From the NCBI RefSeq assembly GCF_006345805.1, contig NC_043006.1:87482001-87546000 (forward strand): a stretch of DNA of 64,000 bases, read 5' to 3'. Origin of the DNA: Octopus sinensis. Its lineage: Eukaryota. Every line of letters starts with the position of its first letter. Position 1 is the first letter of the stretch. The notes below the pieces were generated by a model. That model saw nothing but the letters and a program-made list of their open reading frames with translations, was not told where the DNA came from and did no database searches. Below are positions 28,137 through 41,310 of this stretch, one piece after another. The position numbers were made by a program, and so were the translations under genes.

Positions 28137-29855
28137 ACAGTTGCTCCATAATATGGGATGAAAGCAACTACTGGTCCAATATAAATTCATTTGTCCATTT
28201 AATGTCCATTTTTCCATGCTAGGCTGGACAGTGAGTTATTTAAGCAGCATTTTACAGATGAACACCAATTCTGGTTGCAAACTGTTACCTGTTTCACAAG
28301 TAAGTGAAATTTTTTTATACTTCATTTCTTCAAAAGCAAAAAACAAGTTGTTTTTATCTCAACAATAGTGCTCATATACACACTTACAAGAAGATATATA
28401 TATATACACACATATATATGAAGATATATATATACACATATATATATGATGGGCTTCCATACATTTTCAGTCAACCAATTCCATTTACAAGGCATTAGTA
28501 GGCTCAGGGCAATAGTACAAGATACTTGCCTAAGGTGCCATATGGTAGAACTGAATTCAAAATAATGTGGTTGCAAAGTGAACTTCTTAACTACACAGCT
28601 ATGGAAAATAACATTCACTTCGAAGATGAAACTGGATAGAGAAATCAAGAGACATTTGACCCTAAGAAACATTTGTGGAGAAAATTCTTGAACAGTAAAA
28701 AGCAGTAAAATTGTACAAAGAGCTGTAAAAGAAAACTTGTGGAATGACATTTTCATACAAAAATTAATGGCAATTCTCAAGACAACACAAGATATTGATG
28801 GTTCTGACAGGAATTCCAACAAAGAAAGGACTAGGTGAAAGAAAGTTAGTGGAATATAAAATTAAATACAACAGAGTGACCATATTAAGGAACTAAGATA
28901 AGAAAAAAAAAACTATGCTGGTTTTTTTAATATCATAAAATCTGAACAAAGTAATTTGATCAAAGAGTCATGTAGAAAGAATTGGAAATTAACATTTCTG
29001 AATTGTCACAGAACAACAAACCCAGTAGCATTTAGTGCACTTCAGTAAATATATTAAAGCATATTATTGATAAATATTGAATGAAGACACATAAAAAGAG
29101 TAATAGAAAATTTCCTATCTGATAATATATTTAAAAGTCATTTAGTGCAGTACTATTTGTACATATATGTGTGCGTGCATGCATGCATCAAAGCTGTTTA
29201 ACATATGCTAAGCCCCACTAAGTACTACAGGATAGGCTGCTTCTCTCTCACAGAAACATAATGACATTATTTGATATAATTTCTAAAGGACTGTCAGACA
29301 AAAGGTTGTCTCCTGACAGATATTACTCCCAATAGACATCAATGAGCAACAATCTCTAGGAAAAAATATAAAAGAAAATAATACAGATAAATTGATGTAT
29401 AATCAGGAAAATCTATTAAAATATTAAAATATTTTTAATCTAAATATCCAAAAATGTATTGAACATTAAGACATCTAGGTGTGCTGTTTACCATACAATG
29501 ATGCAGAAATTCATGCATTATATAAATGGTTATTTACTTAATGAATCTACAGAAAATAAAAATAAAAAAAACATAATCTGTCATGGTAAGATCTGAACTT
29601 ATATATCATATTTGGCAGCATATAAAATGCGTTCTTGCAAAAAGATGGACCCCTATTTTACAATTATATATTAGGAAAAACATATTGAGTAGGTTTCATT
29701 ACACACTTATTGAAAGCTTTCTTAAAGAGATGTTGTAAGGGGAAAATGTAAATAACACATTGTTTGAGAACATTGGAGTAATGTATGAAACCATATATTT
29801 ATCATAAATAAAATACATTCCGTGAGTACTATATTTCAACATTATCATCTTTCAG

Positions 29856-29878
29856 ATCAACTGTGTAGTTGTTTATAA
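29856..29878 (+). CDS. Candidate alternative terminal micro-exon, phase 1, (D)QLCSCL* (CaaX-like)
   Basis: Acceptor TCATCTTTCAG at 29845-29855 and a stop 23 nt later; no transcript evidence. Confidence 0.2.
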
Positions 29879-30118
29879 TTTGGTCAAGAGAATTGCTGTA
29901 CTGGATGTAATACTTGTATTTCTGAGTGATATTTTGTGTTACTGCGATCAACCACCAGTTTTGTACACCCCATTATGGTTTTGCTGTCATCCACTCATTG
30001 CAAACAGCTGACAGGTGGATGAAAATTTAACATTTCATTCCTCTTTCTAAAATTTTTCATTCAGATAATTAAAAAGTTACTTAAAGGTAACAGAGTTAAG
30101 ATAAATAATAATCATTAA

Positions 30119-30338
30119 CCCTTTCATTACCAACCCAGCCAAAACAGCTCTGGCTCTGTAGTATAAATGTCTTGTTTTCATAAGTTTTGAATTAAAATCT
30201 TCCACCAAACCTTAGTCCCAATTTATGCTCCTAACACTAACTGAATGGTAACTAAGTTATTTTACTAAATTCTTTGTTATATTTAAAATAATTGAAAGAA
30301 ACACAGAGCATCTCAAAATGAATACAGTAACGAAAGAG
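30119..30338. mobile_element. piggyBac-type MITE
   Basis: TTAA|CCCTTTCATTAC ... GTAACGAAAGAG|TTAA, with TTAA at 30115-30118 and 30339-30342. Confidence 0.8.
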
Positions 30339-30862
30339 TTAAATAATGTAATATATATATCAGGTGTGGGTTATGTATGTTGAGGAAGGAGGTTTAATGA
30401 GATGATGTGCCTTTCCCATATAACTACTCACATACCTTAAGCAATTTTGCATAAATTCATGCTAACAGACTGTGTCGTTTTGGTATGTTTTCAATATTAT
30501 TTAATTAGTAACAATTATTGGATATCGTAGACTTATGCTCATCCAGCTCCCTAGTCTATGGAGCCAGGTCTCCCATCTGTAATAGAGTTGCATGAGATGC
30601 AAGACCATTTTTCTTTTGTTTATACATAAAGAATTTTTTTTTTAATGTGTAAATTTTATTCTGGTAAATACAGTATATAAAAGAACAAAACCAAATGCAG
30701 GCAAACACTTTACCCAGTTTCTACAACTCACTACCTTTATTACAGTTTAAATCAATACAAGTATATTAAAATAGATAATGGATAAATTAATTGAACATTA
30801 TCATTATTTACTGGGGCCTATATAACTCACTTTACTCCTCGCAAATTGCTGCTCTTGGAACT

Positions 30863-31175
30863 CATCATCATCATCGTTTAACGTCCGTTTTCCGTGCTAG
30901 CATGGGTTGGATGGTTCGACCGGGGTCTGGGAAGCCAGGAGGCTGCACCAGGCTCCAGTCTGATCTGGCAGTGTTTCTACAGCTGGATGTCTTTCCTAAC
31001 GCCAACCACTCTGTGAGTGTAGTGGGTGCTTTTTACGTGCCACCGGCACAGGTGCCAGGGGAGGCTAGCAGCGGCCACAATCGGTTGGTACTTTTTATGT
31101 GCCACTGGCACACAAGCCAGTCAAGGCAGAGCTGGCATCGGCTACATTCGGATCGTGCTTTGTACGTGCCACCAG
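30863..31175 (-). mobile_element. (GAT)n-tailed RTE-type 3' end
   Basis: Near-identical to the copies at 4661 and 63658. Confidence 0.85.
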
Positions 31176-31753
31176 TATCACAACTACAATTTCCATTTGA
31201 TATTTATTTTGGAACTATGTGAAAAAAATTATTAGAGGGGCAGTAAATTAGCAGGGTCAGTATAGGAATAAATGTCTTGTAGTATTTGTTCCAGGGTTTT
31301 ATTACCTGATTTCAAATCTAGTCAAGGACAACTTTGGCCCTCAGTTCTTCTGGGTTAGAAAATAAGTCACTAATCAAGTACTAGTATCAGTTTAACTGAT
31401 TAACCTGCTTCTTTAAAATTTCAGGTTACACAATTAACTTGACTCAAATACTACACTGGTGCTTACAATATCCTCTCAGGAAGGTCTTATAATCTAAAGG
31501 CAAAGAGGCTAAGTTACATAATGTAGCTCCTTTAATCTAAAATATTTCTAATTTTGCTAATGACTTTTTGGTGGTGATGATGATGATGATTTTTGTCAAC
31601 TTCAATTGATTTTGTAACTGAACAATCTGCTGTGTTTATTTCAATGACCTGTCAATATATGCAGTCAGTTTCTTGTACCAGGTGTTGGAAAGATACTCAG
31701 CAAGAAATGGAAACAAAATTGAAAGAAGAAATATTAATAATAATAATAATAAT

Positions 31754-31962
31754 CCCTTCTACTAAAGGCACAAAGCCTCAAATTTGGGTGAGGGGCTAGT
31801 TGATTACATCAACTCCAGTGATTAACTGGTACTTATTTCAATGACTCTGAAAGGGTAAAAGGCAAAGTTGACCTCAGCAGAATTTGAACTCAGAATGTAA
31901 TGACATTCAAAATGCTATTATGCATTTTCCCAGTGTGCTAACAATTCTGCCAGCTTGCTGCC

Positions 31963-31963
<1 letters not shown>
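31754..31963 (-). mobile_element. SINE family B variant embedded in (AAT)n
   Basis: Family B head at the right end; (AAT)n on both sides. Confidence 0.8.
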
Positions 31964-32017
<54 letters not shown>

Positions 32018-32040
32018 TGATAATAATAATAATAATAATG

Positions 32041-32074
<34 letters not shown>

Positions 32075-32075
32075 C

Positions 32076-32275
32076 CATAATTTTCGGTTTAAAAAAAAAA
32101 AAAAAAAACTTTTTTTTTTTTTTAGACATTCATTAGTACAACATCCCCACCCACCCCCCCAAATATATGGCACACTAGGCATAACAACAACATGAACTTC
32201 CAACCTGTTGTCTCTGAGGTCTCTGGGTGAGACTTGGAGCCAACTTGTACAAATATAAAGCAAAAGTCAAACATA

Positions 32276-32276
<1 letters not shown>
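32076..32276 (+). mobile_element. R4/Dong LINE insertion consisting of the 3' UTR only
   Basis: Homologous to 34165-34330 (GAGGTCTCTGGGTGAGACTTGGAG.CAACTTGTACAAATA); flanked by (AAT)n. Confidence 0.85.
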
Positions 32277-32335
<59 letters not shown>

Positions 32336-32367
32336 TGATGATGATGATAACAATAATAATGATAATA

Positions 32368-34330
32368 GCTGGATTAAGAAATGTCTGGAAATGTATCAAA
32401 CAGCACCTACTCTGCGAAACTTCTTGTCTGTAAGTATGAGATCATGGGGAACCACACTGACTTTGAACAGTGAAAATGAATCTCTTAATGCTGGAGATGT
32501 AAGAATTTCATGTGGCATTTTCCAAGGTGACTCTCTATTATCACTCTTCTTTTGTCTAGCCTTAATACCTCACTCAAAATTGCTCAAAGATGTACAATAC
32601 ATTTATAAAATGTTTGATAAAAGTATAAATCATCTCATTTACATGGATGATTCAAAGCTCTTTGCAAAAAATGACCAACAACTCAAGGGCTTACTAGCGA
32701 TTGTTAAACAATTCAGTGATGACATCAGAATGCAATTTGACCTCGATAAATATGCAAAAGCTACCTTTATCAAAGGCAAAATGACAGAAACATCCAATGT
32801 TAATCTTCACCAGCAGAATGCCATAAAGGAATTAGAACCAGCAGAGAGCTACAAATACCTAGGGATATTTGAAGGGGATGGAATCTAACATTCAGTGATG
32901 AGGGAAAGGATCAGAAGAGAATGTTATCACAGAGTGAGAGCAATACTCAAGACAGAGCTGAATGCAAGAAACAGAATCAAAGCAATCAATACTTTAGCCG
33001 TACTAGTCATGACTTCAATTACTGAAATATGTAATCTTGACAGAAAAATATGAAAATTCTTGACAATGCAGAGAATGCACCACCCTAAGGCATATATAGA
33101 ATGACTTTATCTGCCAAGAAAAGAGAGAGAGGCCATGGACTTTTACAATCGAACTTAACAATGAATATTGCCACAATTGGCCTAGACACCTACCCGAAAC
33201 ACTCTGATGACTGGATGTTAAAACTTGTCTCAAAGCTTGAAAACAAGAAAGCATCATACTCAGTAACAAAACAGGCAAAGGAATATCGAAGTGAATTCCA
33301 AATACAACAAATTTCAGAATTAGACATACTAGAAACAAGCACAGAAAAACTAAGAGTGTGAAAGCCCATGCTAAAACTGCTGCCTTAGACATTCTTACTG
33401 AAAAATGGCAAGAAAAACCTCTCAATGGCAAATACCCAAAGAGAGCTAATAGTACCAATGTTGACAAAGCCCTTACCCATCAATGGTTAGTGGCTTCCAG
33501 CTTAAACTCAGAAACAGAAGGGTTTATCATAGCAGCCCAAGATCAATGCCTACCTACAAGAAACTACCAGGCCAGCATATTAAAGAACAGCAGCTGCCCA
33601 ACATGTTGTGTATGTCAACAACAAAATGAAACCATTGATCATGTCTCCATGTGCAGACTGCACCTACATAGAAGCACAATATATTCACTGAGTAATCTGC
33701 AAAAACTTGGATTTGCCCCATGGAAAACTTGGATTTGCCCCATGGAAAAAAACTGGTGCTTGAAAATGATCACATCTCACACCTTGGAAATTTCACCATT
33801 CAAACTGACAGTAAGGTAGGTGCAAATAGGCCAGACATTATACTGAAAGACTTCAGCAAAAATCATGCATCCTCATTGATATGACTGTCCCAATCGATAT
33901 AAATGTATCTGTTAAGACCTACCAAAAACTGAGCAAGTATAAAGAAGTTGAAATAGAAATTGGCAAAATGTGGAACCTCACAACTAAAACAATACCTGTT
34001 GTCATAGGTGTCCTAGGAATGATAGCAAAAGGGGCTGATTGCTACCTAGCTCAGATACCAGGAAACCCCAAGATTACAGAAATTTAAAAGATAGTGCTCA
34101 TGGGAACTGCCCATATCCAACGTAAAATACTGTCTAAGTAATCTCAAATTTTAAAACAAACTCATAATTTTCTTCTGTTTTCTTAAACATTCTCTAGAAC
34201 AATACTATGTGCAAAATCAAATATATGACACTCGAGGCATAACACCAACATAAACTTCTAACTTGTCTCTTGAGGTCTCTGGGTGAGACTTGGAGTCAAC
34301 TTGTACAAATACAGAGCAAAAGGCAAACAT
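32368..34330 (+). mobile_element. 5'-truncated R4/Dong-clade LINE (RT, Cys-rich knuckle, restriction-like endonuclease), pseudogenised
   Basis: GIFQGDSL, INHLIYMDDSKL, IAAQDQCLPTRNY, C..C....ETIDHV, ANRPDIILKD, KLSKYKEVEIEI; begins and ends at AAT repeats. Confidence 0.9.
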
Positions 34331-34910
34331 ATAATAATAATGATAATAATGAAGTGTCCAAAGAAATAGAAATGTAACATAGTTTATACAGCTCTACATA
34401 AAATCTCCTCAAATTATCCTTCTGGACAATGCAGATATGATTAGAATGACATTCATTTTCTAAGATCTTTTAATATGTATGCATCACTATTGAGTAGTGT
34501 TACCCTACGTGGAGATCAATGAAACCCTGAGAGTCCATGAAGATAGGACAGATGATTTGTAAGCTGAAGTCAAAAATTTGCAGAGTAAACAAACCTTCCA
34601 AAAGCCTGGATTTTATTGAAAAGTTTATTTAAATAAAAAGGGAATTCTGCAAGTGAAAGAGTTGAAAACCATTGTTACAGGGCAGGCTAAATGTAGCAAA
34701 ATATGTGTGTGTGTGTGTGTGCGCGCGTGACGTGCGTGTATGCGTGTGTTTTTCTTATTGGTGTTATGTATAGTTAGCTACACATTCATGTATGTATCTA
34801 CTACTTGTGTGTTTGTATATGTGCAATCATACTAACCACAATGATGTATTAACCATGACTAGCCTATTTTTTTCCTAATCTACTAACAGGTCGCATATGT
34901 AAAACTTTAG

Positions 34911-34933
34911 ATTGTGAACTGAGGGAAATTTAG
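34911..34933 (+). CDS. Candidate alternative terminal micro-exon, phase 1, (D)CELREI*
   Basis: AG at 34909-34910, with an in-frame upstream acceptor CTAACAG at 34883-34889; 20/23 nt identical to the paralogue at 37207, with the stop conserved. Confidence 0.3.
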
Positions 34934-35879
34934 GTACCATATCAGTAGCCCTTAAGTGTTGTATTAGTTTATGAGTTTGAGTGTGTAGTTTTATATATAT
35001 GTAATGTATGTATTGGTGAATCAGTACAGCTGTTTGTGTTTGTGTGTGTGTGCAAGAGTGTATGTGTAGAAGCATGTCTAAGGAGGACGTGTACGTAATA
35101 AAGGAATAACAAAGCGTATTCCACTGACATGTTTTCTCTGATGGAGATTAAAGTATGGCATCAATATCTAAAGATGTAAAATACAGTAAAAAACCATTAA
35201 AAACATATTGGAATTTACATAATAGTTATGAATACAATGAAAATAATAAAAACGAAAATGGGGGAAAAGTAGCAGAGCTGCACTTGCCTTTAATCGAAAC
35301 TGCATTTTAAAAAAATGATCTGGTTGTTTAACATTGAATTCATATTTACTACAATTGTTCAACAATGTGGCACTTTGAGAAAAATGCTATGGGTTTCCTT
35401 AGAATTCACTGGGAGGATTTGATAACAACCAGCATATACTATTAGTGATTGAGTTCACACATTGTTTTATATTACTATAACTAGTCCACAGTCAGTTTGG
35501 TTCAGGTAATATAGAATGTGTGGCCATAATAATTATTAATATTAACAGCTGGTGTCCAATAGTGCACAACAGCTGTTAAGATTCTTAATGTTTATTGTCA
35601 GAGGTACGATTAGTTTATTTATCTTATTATTGTCAAAATTGGTTTCATTTTCTTTTTTTTCTGTGGGGTAATTACTAGGTACAATAACACATAATATTTT
35701 CATTTCAGCAAGTGGGGAAGCTACCACACTAGAGTACAGCCTGTTACAATTAGCCACTAAATTTCCTTTAATATACACTATTTTGCATATCAACACATTA
35801 AAATACTATTGTTCTAAAAACAATTCCTAAAAATATGACAGGATGGCTATAGTTTGAAAACTTTTGTACATAGATCTAC

Positions 35880-36005
35880 CAACCACATGGTTCCAGGTTC
35901 AGTCCCACTGTGTGGCACCTTGGGCAAGTGTCTTCTACTATAGCCTCGGGCCAACCAAAGCCTTGTGAGTGGATTTGGTAGACGAAAACTGAAAGAAGCC
36001 TGTCG

Positions 36006-36049
<44 letters not shown>

Positions 36050-36258
36050 TGTGTGTGTTTGTGTGTCTGTGTTTGTCCCCACCAACATCGCTTGACAACC
36101 GATGATCGTGTGTTTACGTCACCATAACTTAGTGGTTTGGCGAAAGGGAACCAATAGAATAATTACTAGGCTCACAAAAATAAGCCCTGGGGTCGATTTG
36201 CTCAATTAAAGGTGGTGCTTTAGCATGGCCACAGTCAAATTACTGAAACAAGTAAAAG
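35880..36258 (+). mobile_element. 5'-truncated SINE family A inserted after the duplication
   Basis: 8-bp TSD AGATCTAC at 35872-35879 and 36259-36266; empty site in unit 2 near 38105. Confidence 0.85.
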
Positions 36259-36412
36259 AGATCTACTTATTTGGGGCTGACCTGGGGTTAAAGGACAGCG
36301 ATATATTTTTTATTGAAGAAAGGTCCTTGACAGGCAGGCTACATTTAGCCTGCCAGTGATACATGGCAGGCTAAATGTAGAAATATCTGTATATGTGTGT
36401 ATTCGTGTGTGC

Positions 36413-36456
<44 letters not shown>

Positions 36457-37206
36457 GCATATATATATGTGTGTGTGTGTGCATACACACACACACATGT
36501 ATATACACACATATGTGTGAATGTATTTGTGCATGGGTTGTTGAACAAGTTCATTCTTTCTCTGCATTTTTTGAGTCACAGCTGAAAGGATTGGCAACAA
36601 GATCATCCAACGTACACCAGTATGGAAAAATTGATATAAAAAGGTGATATCATATAAAGTGAGCCCAGTAAGCAAAATTTTAATAAATCAAAGTTACTAA
36701 TTGTTTTTTTTTGTTTTTTTTTCAATAAAATTCCTTAATAATTAGTAATACAAATAATTGCCTTTATGAATGATGCTCAAAGCCACCGTAAAGTTTTAAC
36801 TTATGGACAAGTATTCAACTTTCACCACTATTGATCAATAACTGTAATCTATATAAGTATTGAGTACTCTCTACTTGCAAATTATTTGATAGAATCATTA
36901 ATGTGTTGTTCAAAATACATTGACGTTTTATTTTCCTGACACTTTACATTCTGAGTTCAAATCCTGCTAAGGTCAACTTTGCCTTTCATATTTCTAGGGT
37001 TGGCAAAAACAGTATCAGTCAATTATGTATAGATAGTTTCACATGGTATGTGCTGCTTGTGTGTCTGTATTTATGTAGTTGTACATTTAGTAGTAATTCA
37101 GCCCCCTGTCAAAGATCTATTAACCATGATCCCCCTTTATTTATTTTTTTTTCCATAAATGGTATCTCTTAGATTCCTTTATCCAATGAGTTTTCCTCCT
37201 TTACAG

Positions 37207-37229
37207 ATTATGAACTGAGGGACGTTTAG
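37207..37229 (+). CDS. Candidate alternative terminal micro-exon, phase 1, (D)YELRDV*
   Basis: Strong acceptor TTTTCCTCCTTTACAG at 37191-37206; reading frame and stop conserved with the paralogue. Confidence 0.35.
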
Positions 37230-40200
37230 ATATTGTTTCAGTGGTTTTAACAATTACATGTGTCTAGTTGTATTTTTAGTATGCAGTTGTGTGTAAATAT
37301 ACAGGTATTTGTGTTGTATCAGTAGATTTTGAGTATTCAACAGTAGATGTGTATAATAAAGGGACACTTGGACAAATCAATCACAGCCTGCTAACATATT
37401 TTCATTGACATAAATTTAAATGTGGAATCTCTGTTTTAAAATGTAAAACACATTAATAAAACCATTATGAACATATGGGAATTTACATGATAATTATGAT
37501 AAGAATAAAGATAGAGAAAAGTAAGTGAGCAGCACTAACCTTTACTCAAAACTGTATTGAAAAAATACTGTTCTGTGCTTCTAACATTTAATTTATATAC
37601 ATTACAAATGTTCAACAATGTGACACTCTGAGATAAAAGTTGTGAGTATTTTTAGAATTTCTGGATAAGATTTAGTGACAACCAATATATGTGGAAAGTA
37701 ATTTAGTTAGGACATGGTTTTATATTACCATGATTAGTTCATAAATACTGGATTCAGTTACAAACGTGACAAATAATTACAAATATTAACAGGTGATATC
37801 CAATAAAGAACAACAGCTGTTAATATGTTTAATGTTTATTGTCAGAGGTAATATTATAGTATTTTGTTATTGTTAAAATTAGTTTAATTTTCTTCAGGTT
37901 GTTACAAGATACATAACACAATATTTCCATTTGAGCAAATGAGGAAGCATCTACACAAATGCACAACCTTTATAATTAACTGCTAAATATCATTCAATAT
38001 ACACCACAGAAATCTTCAAAAAGCACACTGAAATAACGTAGTTGTAAATACACTATTCCTAAAAATATGACAGGTTGGTTATCGATAGAAAGCTTTTATT
38101 TATAAGTCTACACAATCAGGGTTGACCTAGGACTAAATAAAAATAATAATATATCTTAATTGTAAACAGTGAATATATAAACAAAACAGACAACATCACA
38201 TGTAATACAATATAATTGCTATACTATAGAAGACTACTTTCATTGATTTCTTTTAATAAATACTACTACAACAAAAACAACATGAAATAAACAAATACAC
38301 ACACAAAAACTTCACAAACAGATATATATATATATAGCCAAAAATCCACCTTTATTCTGCTCTGTTAACTGAAACTGAATCTCTGAATAATCTGAAAAAG
38401 ATATAGTGAGAAAGTGCTTTACACTTTTGGATTACTGATCTGCTATACATGCACATATATACATAGATGTAAAATTATACTAACTATAAAATGATCTACA
38501 ATATACTAAACATACAATAAAGGACACACATACATGCTCAATACATTCAATGTCTGTGTATGTCCATATAGTTGAGTTTGATGAATGTTTATAGTGGTGT
38601 AAATAAATATCAATTTGTTCTGCTTTTTTGTAAGAACAATCTTTTAAGCATTTTTTTTTTTTAGAGTTTCTTTCACATTCAACCAAGTCACCACCAGTGT
38701 TTTACTAGCTTTTATACAACTACTGACCCCAGAAGGTTGACCATCGGGAGAATTTGAAATCAGAACCTACTGGAATGAAAATTAAAATTGGCTTGCATTA
38801 AGTATTCTATTCCTGAATATATATATACTGCCACAAGTTTTATTTCTAAGATAACATTATTAACATCCTAATCCCTGAAGCTAGCTTCAGATTAACAATT
38901 ACTAATACAGCTTTAGGATACTTAAGTTCAACATTGTATCTATATTGAGCCAAAATCAAAATCAGATTTCTTGATTAAGCATTTTGTAACTTCTACATGT
39001 TCTGATGTAAAATTTATTTCAACTATGGTTCATTATCCACAACGGAAGCTTCATCCCTGAATAAGACGTATTTCCTTTCTCACACCACACCTATTTTTAG
39101 CAAGTCTTCATTTTTATTTTATTCCTTCCATTAGGACTTTTCAATATCTTTTTCTGTTCCAAGTTTTAAGCATCATCTACTTTTAAAAATACCTGCGGTA
39201 TTATAGATGTTATTTAAACTGTACATCTCATGACTAAATTTTTAGCTTGAAGAATCTGAAGAATATGAGCAGAAAAGGATTATCCAAAAGTATTGAAGAA
39301 TTCTACAATGCCTTGCCAGATATCTCTAAAAAGGAAAATACAAATGAATGAAGACACTCCAGAGTAATCATAACATCAGGTCACTTAATGGGTAGGTGTT
39401 ATTATTAGAAGGGACAAAGTAGACTGCAATAATGAATTCATAACTATTATAAATGAAGGCAGAAAGAAAAAATGTCCTTTTAATGAAAAACAAAATATAT
39501 TTCACAGACAGTCAATGTGAGAGGTTTATGACCTAATAAAAAAAAAGCCCCTAAATGGTCTCCTGATCCGCTGGAAATAACAGCTAACTCTTCCTTAAAC
39601 CACACTCTGCTACCTTGGGGAATAAATGGACACATTGACTAATGAATAATATAGTTATGCATGCACTCCTATATTAAAGAAGAAATAAAACAGGATGATC
39701 ATAGCTGGAATAACTTTGATGATAAGAGGGCTGCTCTGGTAGGGTTGAAATGGGACTAAACAAAAACAGCAGAAGATTTATGTAATGCCATTATAACTTG
39801 GCACACATACACAATATGATATTCATCCTAATCAAGGTTGCACTAATTATCATCAATAAATACTCTACACGTCATTATCAGAGTCATTTTCCAGCTAATA
39901 TGTAGTCAGTCATGTTGCAATCACAAAATCTTTGTTTGTTCAAAGAGCAAGACTGGAAGCAAATAGAGATTTCAAGAAAAGACAAGAAGATAGATACCAT
40001 GGAAATGTGGCATTGTATTCAAAAGAAGGAATAGTATAAAAATGAAAGAAGGAAGAATATAAAAATGAAGACTTTCTAAAAACAGGTGTGGTGTGAGAAA
40101 GAAATATGTCTTGTTCAGAAATGAAGCTTCCATTGTGGATAAAGAACAACAGTTGAAAGACATTTCAAATGTGGCATTGTATTCAAAAGAAGCAAAATGT

Positions 40201-40879
40201 CAAGTGGAAGAAATAACTGTAGGTCCACCATTATCACTGGTAATAAAGGTTATAAAGGATTTGTAGCAAATTCAAAACCAGATCACTGGTATAGCCAAGT
40301 AAACATCATGACTAAGCCACACAAGTTTCATGTGAATGGCTGATTAGCCAACCAATCAATGTCAAGCAGCCCTAGAAATACATTTTCATTCACCACCAAC
40401 ATCAAACATCACATCTTGATATCTATCACAGCCAGAGCACTGAATTCTGAAATGTTAAATCTGTAGTTTGGTGGACAACACATTTATAATCTAGCAATGC
40501 CAAGAGAGTATCCAAGTTGATTAGAATATGAATGAACTCAATATCAATTTCCAGTGAAGGCACATTGCTTCGTGATTGAAGTTCTAGGCTCACAGTCATT
40601 GGATTCTTTAGCAAGGCACTTCATTTCATGTTGCTCCAGCACATTCAGTTGAAAATGAGTACCAGAAGAACTTGGGGGGGTTAACCCTGTGATGGACCAG
40701 CACACTGTCCACTGGGGGATGGGGCCTTGTGCTTTCAGCTTAAATGCCTTAAAAATGTAGATAAGATCCAGCCTCATGATCCCATAGGCTCAAAGCAGAC
40801 ACCCACATCTATTTCCAAGAGAAGGATGCAATAATCAACCTCTATTCAGTGAAATACTTGTACAACTAACAAAGTCAGA

Positions 40880-41310
40880 TAGTAGTATATGAAGTCTACA
40901 GAGCTTTATGTAATGTATAAATCTCATCACCCATTTTATGTTAAAAGAGTAATTGGAACTTGTCTACAATTTGGAGCCAAAACAATCTAGACTAGCATAT
41001 AAAGAAAGAATTTCCCACTTAAGGAATACATTCCTGAGAAACAAATATGCTGCACATCATATAAAATCTATGTCTACTTTCAAACTTGAGGCAGAACTAG
41101 GGTTCCCTGTGATTACCTCACTGCATGATGTAGCTAAATGAAGCTGTCAGTTTTCAGAACATAGAACACTAGGACAGTGACCAGGAGTAATGCAACACCC
41201 TGTAAATTCTTCACTACAGTAAAATTATGCATGACGAGCAGAAGTTAAAGATTCTCATTCTGTTTTTTGGTGAAACTAAAAAACAGAATACAGCAAAAAG
41301 CCTGTTCTTG
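40880..41310 (+). mobile_element. Degenerate CR1-like LINE 3' fragment
   Basis: LELV....LAYKERISHL resembles the CR1 LEKVQ..LSYEERL region. Confidence 0.4.

Larger units (their letters stand above)
34677..38160. repeat. Old tandem segmental duplication (unit 1 about 34677-36330, unit 2 about 36364-38160)
   Basis: Colinear shared blocks: GGCAGGCTAAATGTAG, ATTAACCATGA, GAACTGAGGGA, TGTTCAACAATGTG, ACAACAGCTGTTAA..TTAATGTTTATTGTCAGAGGTA, ATTCCTAAAAATATGACAGG. Confidence 0.85.

Noticed and set aside
32091-32123. A18-C-T14 hairpin resembling a terminator
   Set aside because: Homopolymer expansion within a LINE 3' UTR copy; intrinsic terminators are not relevant here.
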